A stretch of DNA of 64,000 nucleotides from Paludibacteraceae bacterium (GTDB lineage Bacteria > Bacteroidota > Bacteroidia > Bacteroidales > Paludibacteraceae). This document shows positions 1-8,173 of this stretch, one piece after another. Position 1 is the first letter of the stretch. Every line of letters starts with the position of its first letter. Below the pieces are notes generated by a model. That model saw only the letters and a list, made by a program, of their open reading frames with translations. It was not told where the DNA came from and did not search any database. The position numbers were made by a program, and so were the translations under genes. The stretch lies in the NCBI GenBank assembly GCA_017477325.1, contig JAFUWV010000005.1:2439-66438 (forward strand), written 5' to 3'.

Positions 1-1872
1 ATGACCTGTACTTTTAACAATGATATTGGAATTAACGATACTACCAGCATCTACCACTAACGTTCCTCCTTCTTTTATAATTATTTTAGCTGCAGGATTC
101 ATCGTGAGTATGGCGGAAAGAGTTAATGTAGCATTATTAGTAATTATGATGTTACCACATTGGGTTAAATCTGTATTCCAACAGGTATCTTCTGTAATAG
201 TAAGTGTATGATAAGGAAATTCATATTCATTAAAAACTCCGTATTCGTTCATTTCGGCAACTGCAGGATTAGAATCGTCACCATCGGGGATATCTGGACA
301 GCAGATAGGACAATTCGAGGGTTTTGGACCAAGTCCCCAGAAATAATAACCATCATTATCCTCATCTGTTATTCGAATATCAGTTGATGAATAAATATTA
401 CTGTATATGGGATGATTTATTTTATAAGAGGTTTTAAAAGTATTTATTGATTGAAATACGATATATAAGAAACCTCCGTTTCCTGAGTTTTCTCCGGCAC
501 TATCTTTGAATATCCAAATAGTTTGTCCAACATAAGGACTATTTTCATCTATAATATATTGCTGGAGAGGCTGATTCGTTGAAATAGGAGAATATTTTAT
601 AGTATCTCCTGTTTTAGCAACTGAAAAACCAACAAGAATTAATGCATGGTTCATAAAACCATTACTAAAACCTGAAGAAAGAGGTCCAAAAGATATTAGG
701 GCTTTTTTTAAAGTCGTTTCTGATTTCATGATAGAATTATATCCTTGAATACTTATCAAGTCAACCGGTGAAGTACACATTTCCTCACAAGGGATACTAT
801 CATCATTATAAAAAGGGAGGCACTCTTCTGTCACAACACCATAATCTCTAATATAATCTAGAGCTCTATCTGGATAACCACCAGATTTGAATGATCCACA
901 TGAATGTTCTGAGGGACAAGAACTTAATTGCTGCTCAGATAAATCATAATAAAGCAACTGATTATAATATAGATTTATTGAAGATTCTACTGCTGCGCAA
1001 GCAGAAAAAGCCCAACAACCACCGCCACCAGAAGAATTAAATGGTATTAGTTGATTCTTAACAGAAGTTACCCAATTCTTTCCATGTCTGTTCCTCCAAT
1101 CGAAATAGTCAACAAAAGTTGTGTATTCATTATCTCTTGATAAATCTGTTATATCCTCTTCTGCTGTTTCTTCTATTGCAGAATTAATACTATTTTTATG
1201 ATTCCTAACATAGAAGATACCTCCTGCATAATACTCAAAACCATCGGAAATAAAACCATCATCTGTAGCATTGAAATATCTTTTCTTTTCTGTATAAGAC
1301 ATTTGTGATAACATCGTTGAACTAGCATACCAATATAGTTTAGATTCTCTATTGGATTCATTCCACTTTGAAGCGACGTATTCCTGTTGTTTTTCTTTTA
1401 TCTTGTTTTTTAGCGATGATAATTTTTCAGACTGATAGGATTGCCGCATATTATAGTGCATCTCTGAGATATTAAGAAGACTATTTCGGACAATTACTCT
1501 TATTTCTTGTGGTATAACAGAATCTAACAAAATAGTTTCTAAAGCAACATTATTAAATGAATGGATAGAATTCTTGGCAGACAAATAATAGTCTTCAAAA
1601 ACTAGATATTCTTTATCTTCTTTATCAATAAGTATTATTCTTACAACCGATTCTGTTCCTTGAAGTTCTACAGAACCACTTACTGATAATCCAGAAATAG
1701 GACCTACTTCTGGTAATATAATAATAGTATCAGATAGGATATAATTATTAGATATATCCAGGTGTTTAATTGTCATATAAGTTCCTAATTTAAAGGCGGC
1801 ATTATCATATATATCCGCTTTAACAAATAAGGGACCTAACAACAATAATAAGGAAATAAAAGTTTTCTTCAT
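1..1872 (-). CDS. Secreted papain-like (peptidase C1 family) protein, N-terminal 624 codons; the ORF runs off the left window edge
   Basis: My own minus-strand translation gives an uninterrupted frame from ATG 1872-1870 to position 1. It is absent from the ORF track because no stop lies in the window. Signal peptide MKKTFISLLLLLGPLFVKA. Papain-family blocks are FDWRNRHGKNWVTSVKNQ, GGGGCWAFSACAAVES (Cys codon 1017-1015), NHALILVGF and WIFKDSAGENSGNGGF. The distal part resembles beta-helix repeats (NIIITNNATLTLS). Confidence 0.75.
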   Translation of the reverse strand, partial: MKKTFISLLLLLGPLFVKADIYDNAAFKLGTYMTIKHLDISNNYILSDTIIILPEVGPISGLSVSGSVELQGTESVVRIILIDKEDKEYLVFEDYYLSAKNSIHSFNNVALETILLDSVIPQEIRVIVRNSLLNISEMHYNMRQSYQSEKLSSLKNKIKEKQQEYVASKWNESNRESKLYWYASSTMLSQMSYTEKKRYFNATDDGFISDGFEYYAGGIFYVRNHKNSINSAIEETAEEDITDLSRDNEYTTFVDYFDWRNRHGKNWVTSVKNQLIPFNSSGGGGCWAFSACAAVESSINLYYNQLLYYDLSEQQLSSCPSEHSCGSFKSGGYPDRALDYIRDYGVVTEECLPFYNDDSIPCEEMCTSPVDLISIQGYNSIMKSETTLKKALISFGPLSSGFSNGFMNHALILVGFSVAKTGDTIKYSPISTNQPLQQYIIDENSPYVGQTIWIFKDSAGENSGNGGFLYIVFQSINTFKTSYKINHPIYSNIYSSTDIRITDEDNDGYYFWGLGPKPSNCPICCPDIPDGDDSNPAVAEMNEYGVFNEYEFPYHTLTITEDTCWNTDLTQCGNIIITNNATLTLSAILTMNPAAKIIIKEGGTLVVDAGSIVNSNIIVKSTGH

Positions 1873-1883
1873 ATTCCCTCCTT

Positions 1884-3140
1884 TCATTTTGTGAGTATCA
1901 TACGTTTGGTGCCTACGACTTGCCCATCAGCAATGAGAGAGTATAGATACATACCTGCCTGGAGTTCATTGGCCTGTATGGTAAGAGAACCTTCACCTGC
2001 CTTAGCAATGGAGTGTTTCTGAATCTGTGTGCCATTCATATCATAAATATAGATGGCAGCATTTTGCATATCGGCAGGTAGGAAATAACGAATCTCTGTT
2101 GCAACATCAAAAGGATTGGGTTCATTCTGATAAAGCACGGCGTCATCTGAGAGATTGTCTTCCGGCATTTGTCTTTTTATTGGTTCACCAGCCTGCAAAC
2201 TCTCCACCTGATGTTGTAAGTCCTGAATCGCCATAACCAAGAGAGGAATGATCTCTTGATAGTTGATTCCAAGGAATCCGTTGCCGTCTTCATTTACGAT
2301 ATTTGGCAACAACTCACGAACCTCTTGAGCGAGAAAACCATAATGCAACTGCTCAAAGTCGATATCAGGACTGAAATACTTAGGTTTCTCGTTAGTGGAA
2401 TCGTTCACCTCTCCTTCCAACTCTATCTGCTGCCAGTTATATTGAACAGGATTAAGTCTGCCTATTACCGACAATGCCTCTTGCTTTATAGGAGTAATGT
2501 TTGCTTTCAGTCTTTCATCAGAGGTCTCCGTTACAGTAGTGGCAAAAAAATTCCCATTAACTTTTGTTTGACCATAGAAATATCCAGCATACTTGTCGGG
2601 TATGGCAGAATTATACTCAGATATTCCGCCAAATATACCGGTTCCATTGTTTGAACCTGTAAGCAATCCGTATACACCATAGTTATATCCACTTGCCAGA
2701 TTACCTGCGGTAGCATATACTCCGTATGCCTTAGGAAAGAATACTCCATTATACATTGATGGAATAACCGCCCCATTCCCAGCAGAAGCTTTGACACCTA
2801 TACATTTGTCAAAAGCAAACTTGCTACTTGCATATATAGCAGCACTTGTTTGACTGGTAAATTTGTCTGTAAAAACTTTTACTCCATAATTTGTTGAAGA
2901 CAAATAAGGTTGGTTACCTTGAAGAACACTTAATGCGTATTCCGTAATACTCATAGAGCCATTACGCTCCACTGAAACAGCGGCAGTTGAATCTCCGACT
3001 GTATTTACTGACAAATTGGACAAGGGAGCCGAAGTGCCGACAGCAATACCTACTTTGCCGTCACTCACTACTTTAAGTTGGGAACTTGCATATCCTGCCG
3101 ACATGAGAAGGATAGCAGAGAGAAAAAGAGTCTTTTTCAT
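1884..3140 (-). CDS. Tail-fibre-like protein with a peptidase S74 intramolecular-chaperone domain and a T9SS C-terminal sorting domain
   Basis: 418-aa ORF with a signal peptide and Gly/Tyr-rich repeats (NYGVKVF, AYGVYATAGN, NYGVYGLLTG). SDERLKANI...HYGFLAQEV...INYQEIIPLLVMAIQDLQ matches the S74 chaperone domain of phage tail fibres and endosialidases (nt 2193-2522). The last ~80 aa (LYQNEPNPFDVATEIRYFLP..IYIYDMNG..GMYLYSLIADGQVVGTKRMILTK) are a typical type-A T9SS CTD (nt 1887-2135). Confidence 0.8.
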   Translation of the reverse strand: MKKTLFLSAILLMSAGYASSQLKVVSDGKVGIAVGTSAPLSNLSVNTVGDSTAAVSVERNGSMSITEYALSVLQGNQPYLSSTNYGVKVFTDKFTSQTSAAIYASSKFAFDKCIGVKASAGNGAVIPSMYNGVFFPKAYGVYATAGNLASGYNYGVYGLLTGSNNGTGIFGGISEYNSAIPDKYAGYFYGQTKVNGNFFATTVTETSDERLKANITPIKQEALSVIGRLNPVQYNWQQIELEGEVNDSTNEKPKYFSPDIDFEQLHYGFLAQEVRELLPNIVNEDGNGFLGINYQEIIPLLVMAIQDLQHQVESLQAGEPIKRQMPEDNLSDDAVLYQNEPNPFDVATEIRYFLPADMQNAAIYIYDMNGTQIQKHSIAKAGEGSLTIQANELQAGMYLYSLIADGQVVGTKRMILTK

Positions 3141-3330
3141 GGTAATAATGATTTTTATGTTTTTATTAGGATTTCGGGGTAAAGGTATGCAATATATTGC
3201 AATAAAGCAAATAAAATAAGAAGAAAAGTTAAATTAGTGTTATATTCCATAACATTCACTCAATAATCCATAAGAAGAAGCACCCGTAAGGTAGAAAAAA
3301 TGTGTCAAGACAGTCCCCCCCCGCCGAATT

Positions 3331-3356
3331 AAAGGGACGCGGTGAAGCGTCCCTTT
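3331..3356 (-). terminator. Hairpin downstream of the amylase gene
   Basis: AAAGGGACGC-ggtgaa-GCGTCCCTTT forms a 10-bp stem. A second small hairpin TGCCCC-gtt-GGGGCA lies at 3367-3381. The U-tract is weak. Confidence 0.5.
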
Positions 3357-3418
3357 GCACGTCTTATGCCCCGTTGGGGCAAGTAAAGAATGAAGAATGA
3401 ATAATAGTAAAGAATGAA

Positions 3419-5185
3419 TCACTTCACTTTTGTTCCTTGCATAGTATAGAGTCCGCCATTGCGCTCGATATACAGAATGCCATCCTGCATGACTTTTCTC
3501 GGTGCTGCAGACAAATCAGAATGCGACTCGACCGATTCAACCGAAGTATCAATAAGAGTGGTGTATATATCAAACAAATCACCGCTATAGGCCAGATAAT
3601 AGCCCAAGGGCACTGCAGTACTACGTGCGGAACCCATACGCAAGATAGCCTTACCGTGGTGACCCGTAATGGTAGCAGAATAGGAGTTGGAGGCAGCGGT
3701 CTCGTCGGTCACTTCTGACTCGGAGTGAATACCAACGACCTTACGTATATGCACAAGGCGGTTGATGTCGTTCTTGAAAGTGTACCAATGAGGCCAGAAC
3801 ACACATGGCACTCCCGGCAACATCAATATATATGCATTAGCGGCAAGTATCTCTTTGCGCTTGTTAGCCAAGTTAGTATTATAACCGATAAACTCTGCAC
3901 CCTGGTTGTCGGAGCGATGGAAAGTATCATGATTATCAATAAAAGTGACAGCAAACCGAGAGAGACCCTCAGAGCGGAGACCCTGGTTCTTGAGGTTAGA
4001 GTAATTAGAACCTCCATTCCAAGATTTGATTTTTGCCTTGAGCGGAAAGTCGAAAGCGAGAGTGTTGTATGAGACTGACTCAAGATGTGACTTGACAGAC
4101 TGTACATCATCCATCCAGAACTCCGACACAGAGAAGAAGGGCTTCGAGGCAAGGTTGTATTGCGAGAGATAACTGCCAGCATAACCACGGGTCATATCGT
4201 AGCGGAAGCCGTCGAAACCAATCTTGTTTATCATCCATTTGGTGTATGCCTCACACATCTGCTGTACATACTCCTGCGTATGGTCAAGGTCGCGACAGCC
4301 GGCATCGTTGGTGCCGGTGTCAGCATTGCCGTATGTAAGCGACTTGCTGTCAGACGAACTATTTGTTGCCGCCTCATCACCTGCGCAGATATATTTTGAC
4401 TCTATCTTGAACGAACCATAGTCTTCGAAATTGTTGGTAGCAAAACCTTTTGCCCAACCGTTGTTGCTCTGGAAATGGTTGATAACGATATCGGCTATCA
4501 CCTTGCAGTTGTGGCTGTGCAGAGAAGTAATAAGCGTCTGCAACTCAGCTTTGTTGCCCCAAGCACTGCTTAGATTGGAGTAGCATTTGGTGTAGTAGCC
4601 CACTCCGCCACCATTGCCCGAAGGCGGGAGCCATACCAAATCGAAGTTCGTGCCTATCTCCTCCGCAAGGTTCTGCAGAGTAGCATACTTAGTGTTGGAA
4701 TACGTGGTTAACTGGTGTGAGTTCCAATAGAAGGCCTGCAGCATGACGCCTTCATATTCCGATGGTACAGCCACCTCGGCATACTTTGAGGGGTCAGGAT
4801 AGTTGTTTCCCTTTGCACCCTGCAGACAGATTACCGAACCATTGTAGGTGATCGTTACATCTTGCGCTTGCTGAAGACTGAAACCGATGTTGGCATCGGT
4901 GCCGACAGAAGTGGCATACAGATTAGAACATTCTTCCGAGAACTTGTTGTATCCGAGCCAGGTACTCGAACCGTCGGTTACCTTGAACTCGTAAGAACCG
5001 ACAGGTACAGCTGAGAATGTGACACTCCATATCCCGCTGTTTTCTGTCATTGGAGAGCCTTTGATATTCCACGACTTGCCATCACACCAGGAACTGCCGC
5101 TTGTCCCGTTGCCTGCCACATAGTAAGCGGCAAAAGAGCTGACAGAGCAGAAGGTTATGAAAAGAAAAAGGACTGACTTACGCAT
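3419..5185 (-). CDS. GH13 alpha-amylase with an N-terminal carbohydrate-binding-like domain
   Basis: All four GH13 conserved regions are present: DIVINHF, GFRYDMTRG, EFWM and FIDNHD. It has a signal peptide and is the last gene of the SusC/D locus. It ends in a short conserved C-terminal motif (see findings). Confidence 0.9.
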   Translation of the reverse strand: MRKSVLFLFITFCSVSSFAAYYVAGNGTSGSSWCDGKSWNIKGSPMTENSGIWSVTFSAVPVGSYEFKVTDGSSTWLGYNKFSEECSNLYATSVGTDANIGFSLQQAQDVTITYNGSVICLQGAKGNNYPDPSKYAEVAVPSEYEGVMLQAFYWNSHQLTTYSNTKYATLQNLAEEIGTNFDLVWLPPSGNGGGVGYYTKCYSNLSSAWGNKAELQTLITSLHSHNCKVIADIVINHFQSNNGWAKGFATNNFEDYGSFKIESKYICAGDEAATNSSSDSKSLTYGNADTGTNDAGCRDLDHTQEYVQQMCEAYTKWMINKIGFDGFRYDMTRGYAGSYLSQYNLASKPFFSVSEFWMDDVQSVKSHLESVSYNTLAFDFPLKAKIKSWNGGSNYSNLKNQGLRSEGLSRFAVTFIDNHDTFHRSDNQGAEFIGYNTNLANKRKEILAANAYILMLPGVPCVFWPHWYTFKNDINRLVHIRKVVGIHSESEVTDETAASNSYSATITGHHGKAILRMGSARSTAVPLGYYLAYSGDLFDIYTTLIDTSVESVESHSDLSAAPRKVMQDGILYIERNGGLYTMQGTKVK

Positions 5186-5230
5186 AATGATATTATAAAT
5201 AAAGTTAATAGTGTATTACCAATTATGTTG

Positions 5231-5238
5231 CAAAATTA
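5231..5238 (-). promoter_or_regulatory. Bacteroidota sigma-A -7 box (TAATTTTG) for the amylase gene
   Basis: The reverse complement of caaaatta matches TAnnTTTG, about 46 nt upstream of ATG 5185 and downstream of the 5289-5327 terminator. Confidence 0.45.
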
Positions 5239-5288
5239 AAGAAATATTTTTATTCATGCAACACAAAAAGACTCTTATATCACGTAAA

Positions 5289-5327
5289 AGCAGAAATAAG
5301 TTCCACAAGTTGGAACTTATTTCTGCT
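5289..5327 (-). terminator. Intrinsic terminator-like hairpin after the lipoprotein gene
   Basis: Perfect 17-bp stem AGCAGAAATAAGTTCCA-caagt-TGGAACTTATTTCTGCT. It is followed on the minus strand by TTTTAC. Confidence 0.65.
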
Positions 5328-5391
5328 CAACCTACCTAAGCATATAGAGCTTAAGTGATTGACGGGTTAACACTTAGTGTCTCTATGCAAA

Positions 5392-6273
5392 TTAATTCTC
5401 CTCTGCAGAAGCATAGGTGAATGTAACTGCATAGGGGAATTTGGCATCATCAGGAACCATGTGGTTTCCATCGCCGTCAGCATTCTCTACTGCACTTGCC
5501 CATGCGTCGCCGATGAAGACTTTGCACTTGAAGTTCTTGCCGGGGATTTCACCTTTCCATGTGAAGGTTCCGTCTGCATTCTTTGTCATAACGCGGTCTG
5601 AGTTACCCCAGTCTTTCTCGTCAAAGTTTCCTGTGAAGATTACGTCACCTTCAGGAAGTGCGCCACCTTCTGTTTCAGGAATGATAGTAACTGTAAACTC
5701 GGCAGCACGAGCAACTACGGTTTCGCACTCGCTCTTGTTCCATCCGCCAATACCCAGATAGAGAACACCGGCAGGTGCATCGGCTGCAATAACGAACTGA
5801 CCTTCACCGCTGATTTCAGTAAGAGTAACTGTTGTGTTCTCTTCGTCAACAGTAACGCCTGTTGCCTGACCTTGCCAGCTACCGTCACCTTCATACTTCA
5901 AGCAGATTTTGCCCTGCAGACCACCTTCACCAAGTTTGAAGGTTGCTTTGAACCATGTCTTGCTTCCGTCGATAGCCTCGAACTTAACAGCGTTGGCTGC
6001 GTCAGCCTGAGCGTCTTCAAGACCAATGTAGGTGTTCTCACCTGACCAGTCGTTACCATTGATGCAACCTTTCATGTAGATACCGTTACACTCTGAGCCT
6101 TCAGGAATGTTAAGAACAATAGTAACATATCCTTCTGCAGGTTTGTCTACTTTAGGAACATCAGAGGGGTTTACTTCCGGAATAATAATCTCCGGGGTGG
6201 GTTTGCTGTTGCAAGAAGCAAAAACCAATGCGCCCATTGCAAGGGCTGCAACCATTAATTTGTTAGCTTTCAT
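5392..6273 (-). CDS. Surface glycan-binding lipoprotein (SusE/SusF-position protein)
   Basis: Lipoprotein signal MKANKLMVAALAMGALVFASC. It lies between susD and the amylase. Two beta-rich Trp/Gly repeats resemble starch-binding modules (VIFTGNFD..WGNSDRVMTKNADGTFTWKGEIP). The function is inferred from position. Confidence 0.6.
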   Translation of the reverse strand: MKANKLMVAALAMGALVFASCNSKPTPEIIIPEVNPSDVPKVDKPAEGYVTIVLNIPEGSECNGIYMKGCINGNDWSGENTYIGLEDAQADAANAVKFEAIDGSKTWFKATFKLGEGGLQGKICLKYEGDGSWQGQATGVTVDEENTTVTLTEISGEGQFVIAADAPAGVLYLGIGGWNKSECETVVARAAEFTVTIIPETEGGALPEGDVIFTGNFDEKDWGNSDRVMTKNADGTFTWKGEIPGKNFKCKVFIGDAWASAVENADGDGNHMVPDDAKFPYAVTFTYASAEEN

Positions 6274-6385
6274 AATGAATGAATTTTTAGTTAATAATGT
6301 TGATTAATAAAGTTGTTTGTTATTATAAGTGTTTACTTATATTCATTTTTCATATTGGCATATAGCAAATTATGTGCCATTCTGA

Positions 6386-8161
6386 TTAATATCCGGGATT
6401 CTGCTCCAGATTGGCATTAGCCACCTTGTCGGAGTTTGGAATCGGATAGAGAATGAAGTGCATGTCCAGACTCTTCGCCTCGAGCCAGTTGCCTGAATCA
6501 TCAAACGACTTCTGTCCGCCACGACCTTCCCAGTTCATGGTAGCGTCAGGGCCGACAAATTGTCCGAAACGGATAAGGTCTATACGACGGCGTCCTTCAT
6601 GATAGAACTCACGCAGCCACTCTGCAAGAAGATTCTCTTCTGTCAGGTCGGAGGCCGACCAAGCAGTAGCGTTCGCACGCTCACGAATACGATTTACGTT
6701 TCCAAGAGCCTCTGACGTCTTGCCTGCACGGAACTGTGCCTCTGCCAGTGTGAGCACTGCCTCGGCTGTACGCATGAGTGGAACATCCGTATCAGTATAC
6801 TTGCTGTCATGCTGCGGCTTCTCTGCATCAGGATTGTACTTCATTTCAGCAGTAAACTGAGTGGAATAGAGGTTGGTCCACTTGCAGATACCCCAACAGT
6901 TGTCAAAGCCTTCACCATTTTCAGGAACTTCACCTAGAAAGTCTTTCACGTTGTCCGTACCATCGTTAGGATTGATATTCTTAGCGCAGAACATTGCTCG
7001 GTCATCCTTGGCTATAGAAGGCATGGCAAACTCGTCTGCATCTTTGCCGGCTGCAACAATCTCGGCCACTGTTTTTCCGGGGAAGAACACTTTTATCAGT
7101 TCCGGATCCGAACGCCAGCAACCCCAGTTGTTGTCTGAAGTACCTATATCGTTCATCTTCTGGTTGCGGCATGACGCAATCGCATACTGGCTTCCTGCCC
7201 ATGTACGGATGTAGGCTCCGTCCTGAGCCGAGAGGAATACCATCTCGTCTTGTGACGTCTGGTCATTGTCACCCATGAAGATCTGTGCAAATGGCTTGTG
7301 AAGATTTGGATAAGCGTCTATCACCAGCTGGGCATACTTGGCTGCATTATCCCAATCTGCTGTACCTTTAGTGAATGACTTTCCGTCTGCACTTAGTGTA
7401 CCGGTGTAGATCTCAGCATTGAGGTAAAGACGGGCAGCAAGCATATAAGCCGCCGGCTTCGTAGCACGATAGATGGTCGTTCCGCCCTTTTCATACAAAT
7501 CATCAACGAAGCCGTGTTTGTCGGTCTCGGTAAGAGTCTCGCCGAACATCGGTTTGGTATGACCTGTCAGAATCTCATCAAGCAACCATTGATAGAGGTC
7601 AGCACGCTTGATCTGGTCTGGGTTCCCTGCACCCCATACTGTTACAGTGAAGGGCACATTTCCGAACATATCAAGCAGATGATAGTAGTTCAGTGCGCGA
7701 ATGAAACGTATCTCTGCACGCTGGTGAACAGTCTTCTCGTCTGTCATGCCCTCTGTCTTCTCAAGGAAGTGATTACACATCGTTACACCGTAGTTGAGAC
7801 GATTGTAGAGTTTGCTGACGAACGGGTTTGTGGCTGACCACGAAATCATTAGAAGGTCGGAGCAACCGGCATCGTTGCGCCAGGTCCACCAGCCTGCATC
7901 TGTCGGGAATTCGTTCAGCACGCAGAGTGTACGATAGAATCCGGAGTAACCTTCATCATCTGTGATAATGTCAGCATCACCTCCGCCACCTGTCTGACCT
8001 GTTTGGCAGAAAGAAGTATAAATCTTGTAGAACACTGCATCCTGGTCAAAGGTCTGATTGATGTTCGGGTCAATAGGTTGCGTGTTCAGGTTCTGCACAC
8101 AAGCATTCATGCCGAGCACTACGGCAAGAAGAATCGCAAATGTTTTTATTGTAGTTTTCAT
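6386..8161 (-). CDS. susD: SusD/RagB-family nutrient-binding outer-membrane lipoprotein
   Basis: 591 aa with lipobox LGMNAC. It lies immediately downstream of the SusC-like gene (12-nt gap) and has the usual SusD length and TPR-like composition. Confidence 0.85.
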   Translation of the reverse strand: MKTTIKTFAILLAVVLGMNACVQNLNTQPIDPNINQTFDQDAVFYKIYTSFCQTGQTGGGGDADIITDDEGYSGFYRTLCVLNEFPTDAGWWTWRNDAGCSDLLMISWSATNPFVSKLYNRLNYGVTMCNHFLEKTEGMTDEKTVHQRAEIRFIRALNYYHLLDMFGNVPFTVTVWGAGNPDQIKRADLYQWLLDEILTGHTKPMFGETLTETDKHGFVDDLYEKGGTTIYRATKPAAYMLAARLYLNAEIYTGTLSADGKSFTKGTADWDNAAKYAQLVIDAYPNLHKPFAQIFMGDNDQTSQDEMVFLSAQDGAYIRTWAGSQYAIASCRNQKMNDIGTSDNNWGCWRSDPELIKVFFPGKTVAEIVAAGKDADEFAMPSIAKDDRAMFCAKNINPNDGTDNVKDFLGEVPENGEGFDNCWGICKWTNLYSTQFTAEMKYNPDAEKPQHDSKYTDTDVPLMRTAEAVLTLAEAQFRAGKTSEALGNVNRIRERANATAWSASDLTEENLLAEWLREFYHEGRRRIDLIRFGQFVGPDATMNWEGRGGQKSFDDSGNWLEAKSLDMHFILYPIPNSDKVANANLEQNPGY

Positions 8162-8173
8162 ATCTTCAAGAAT

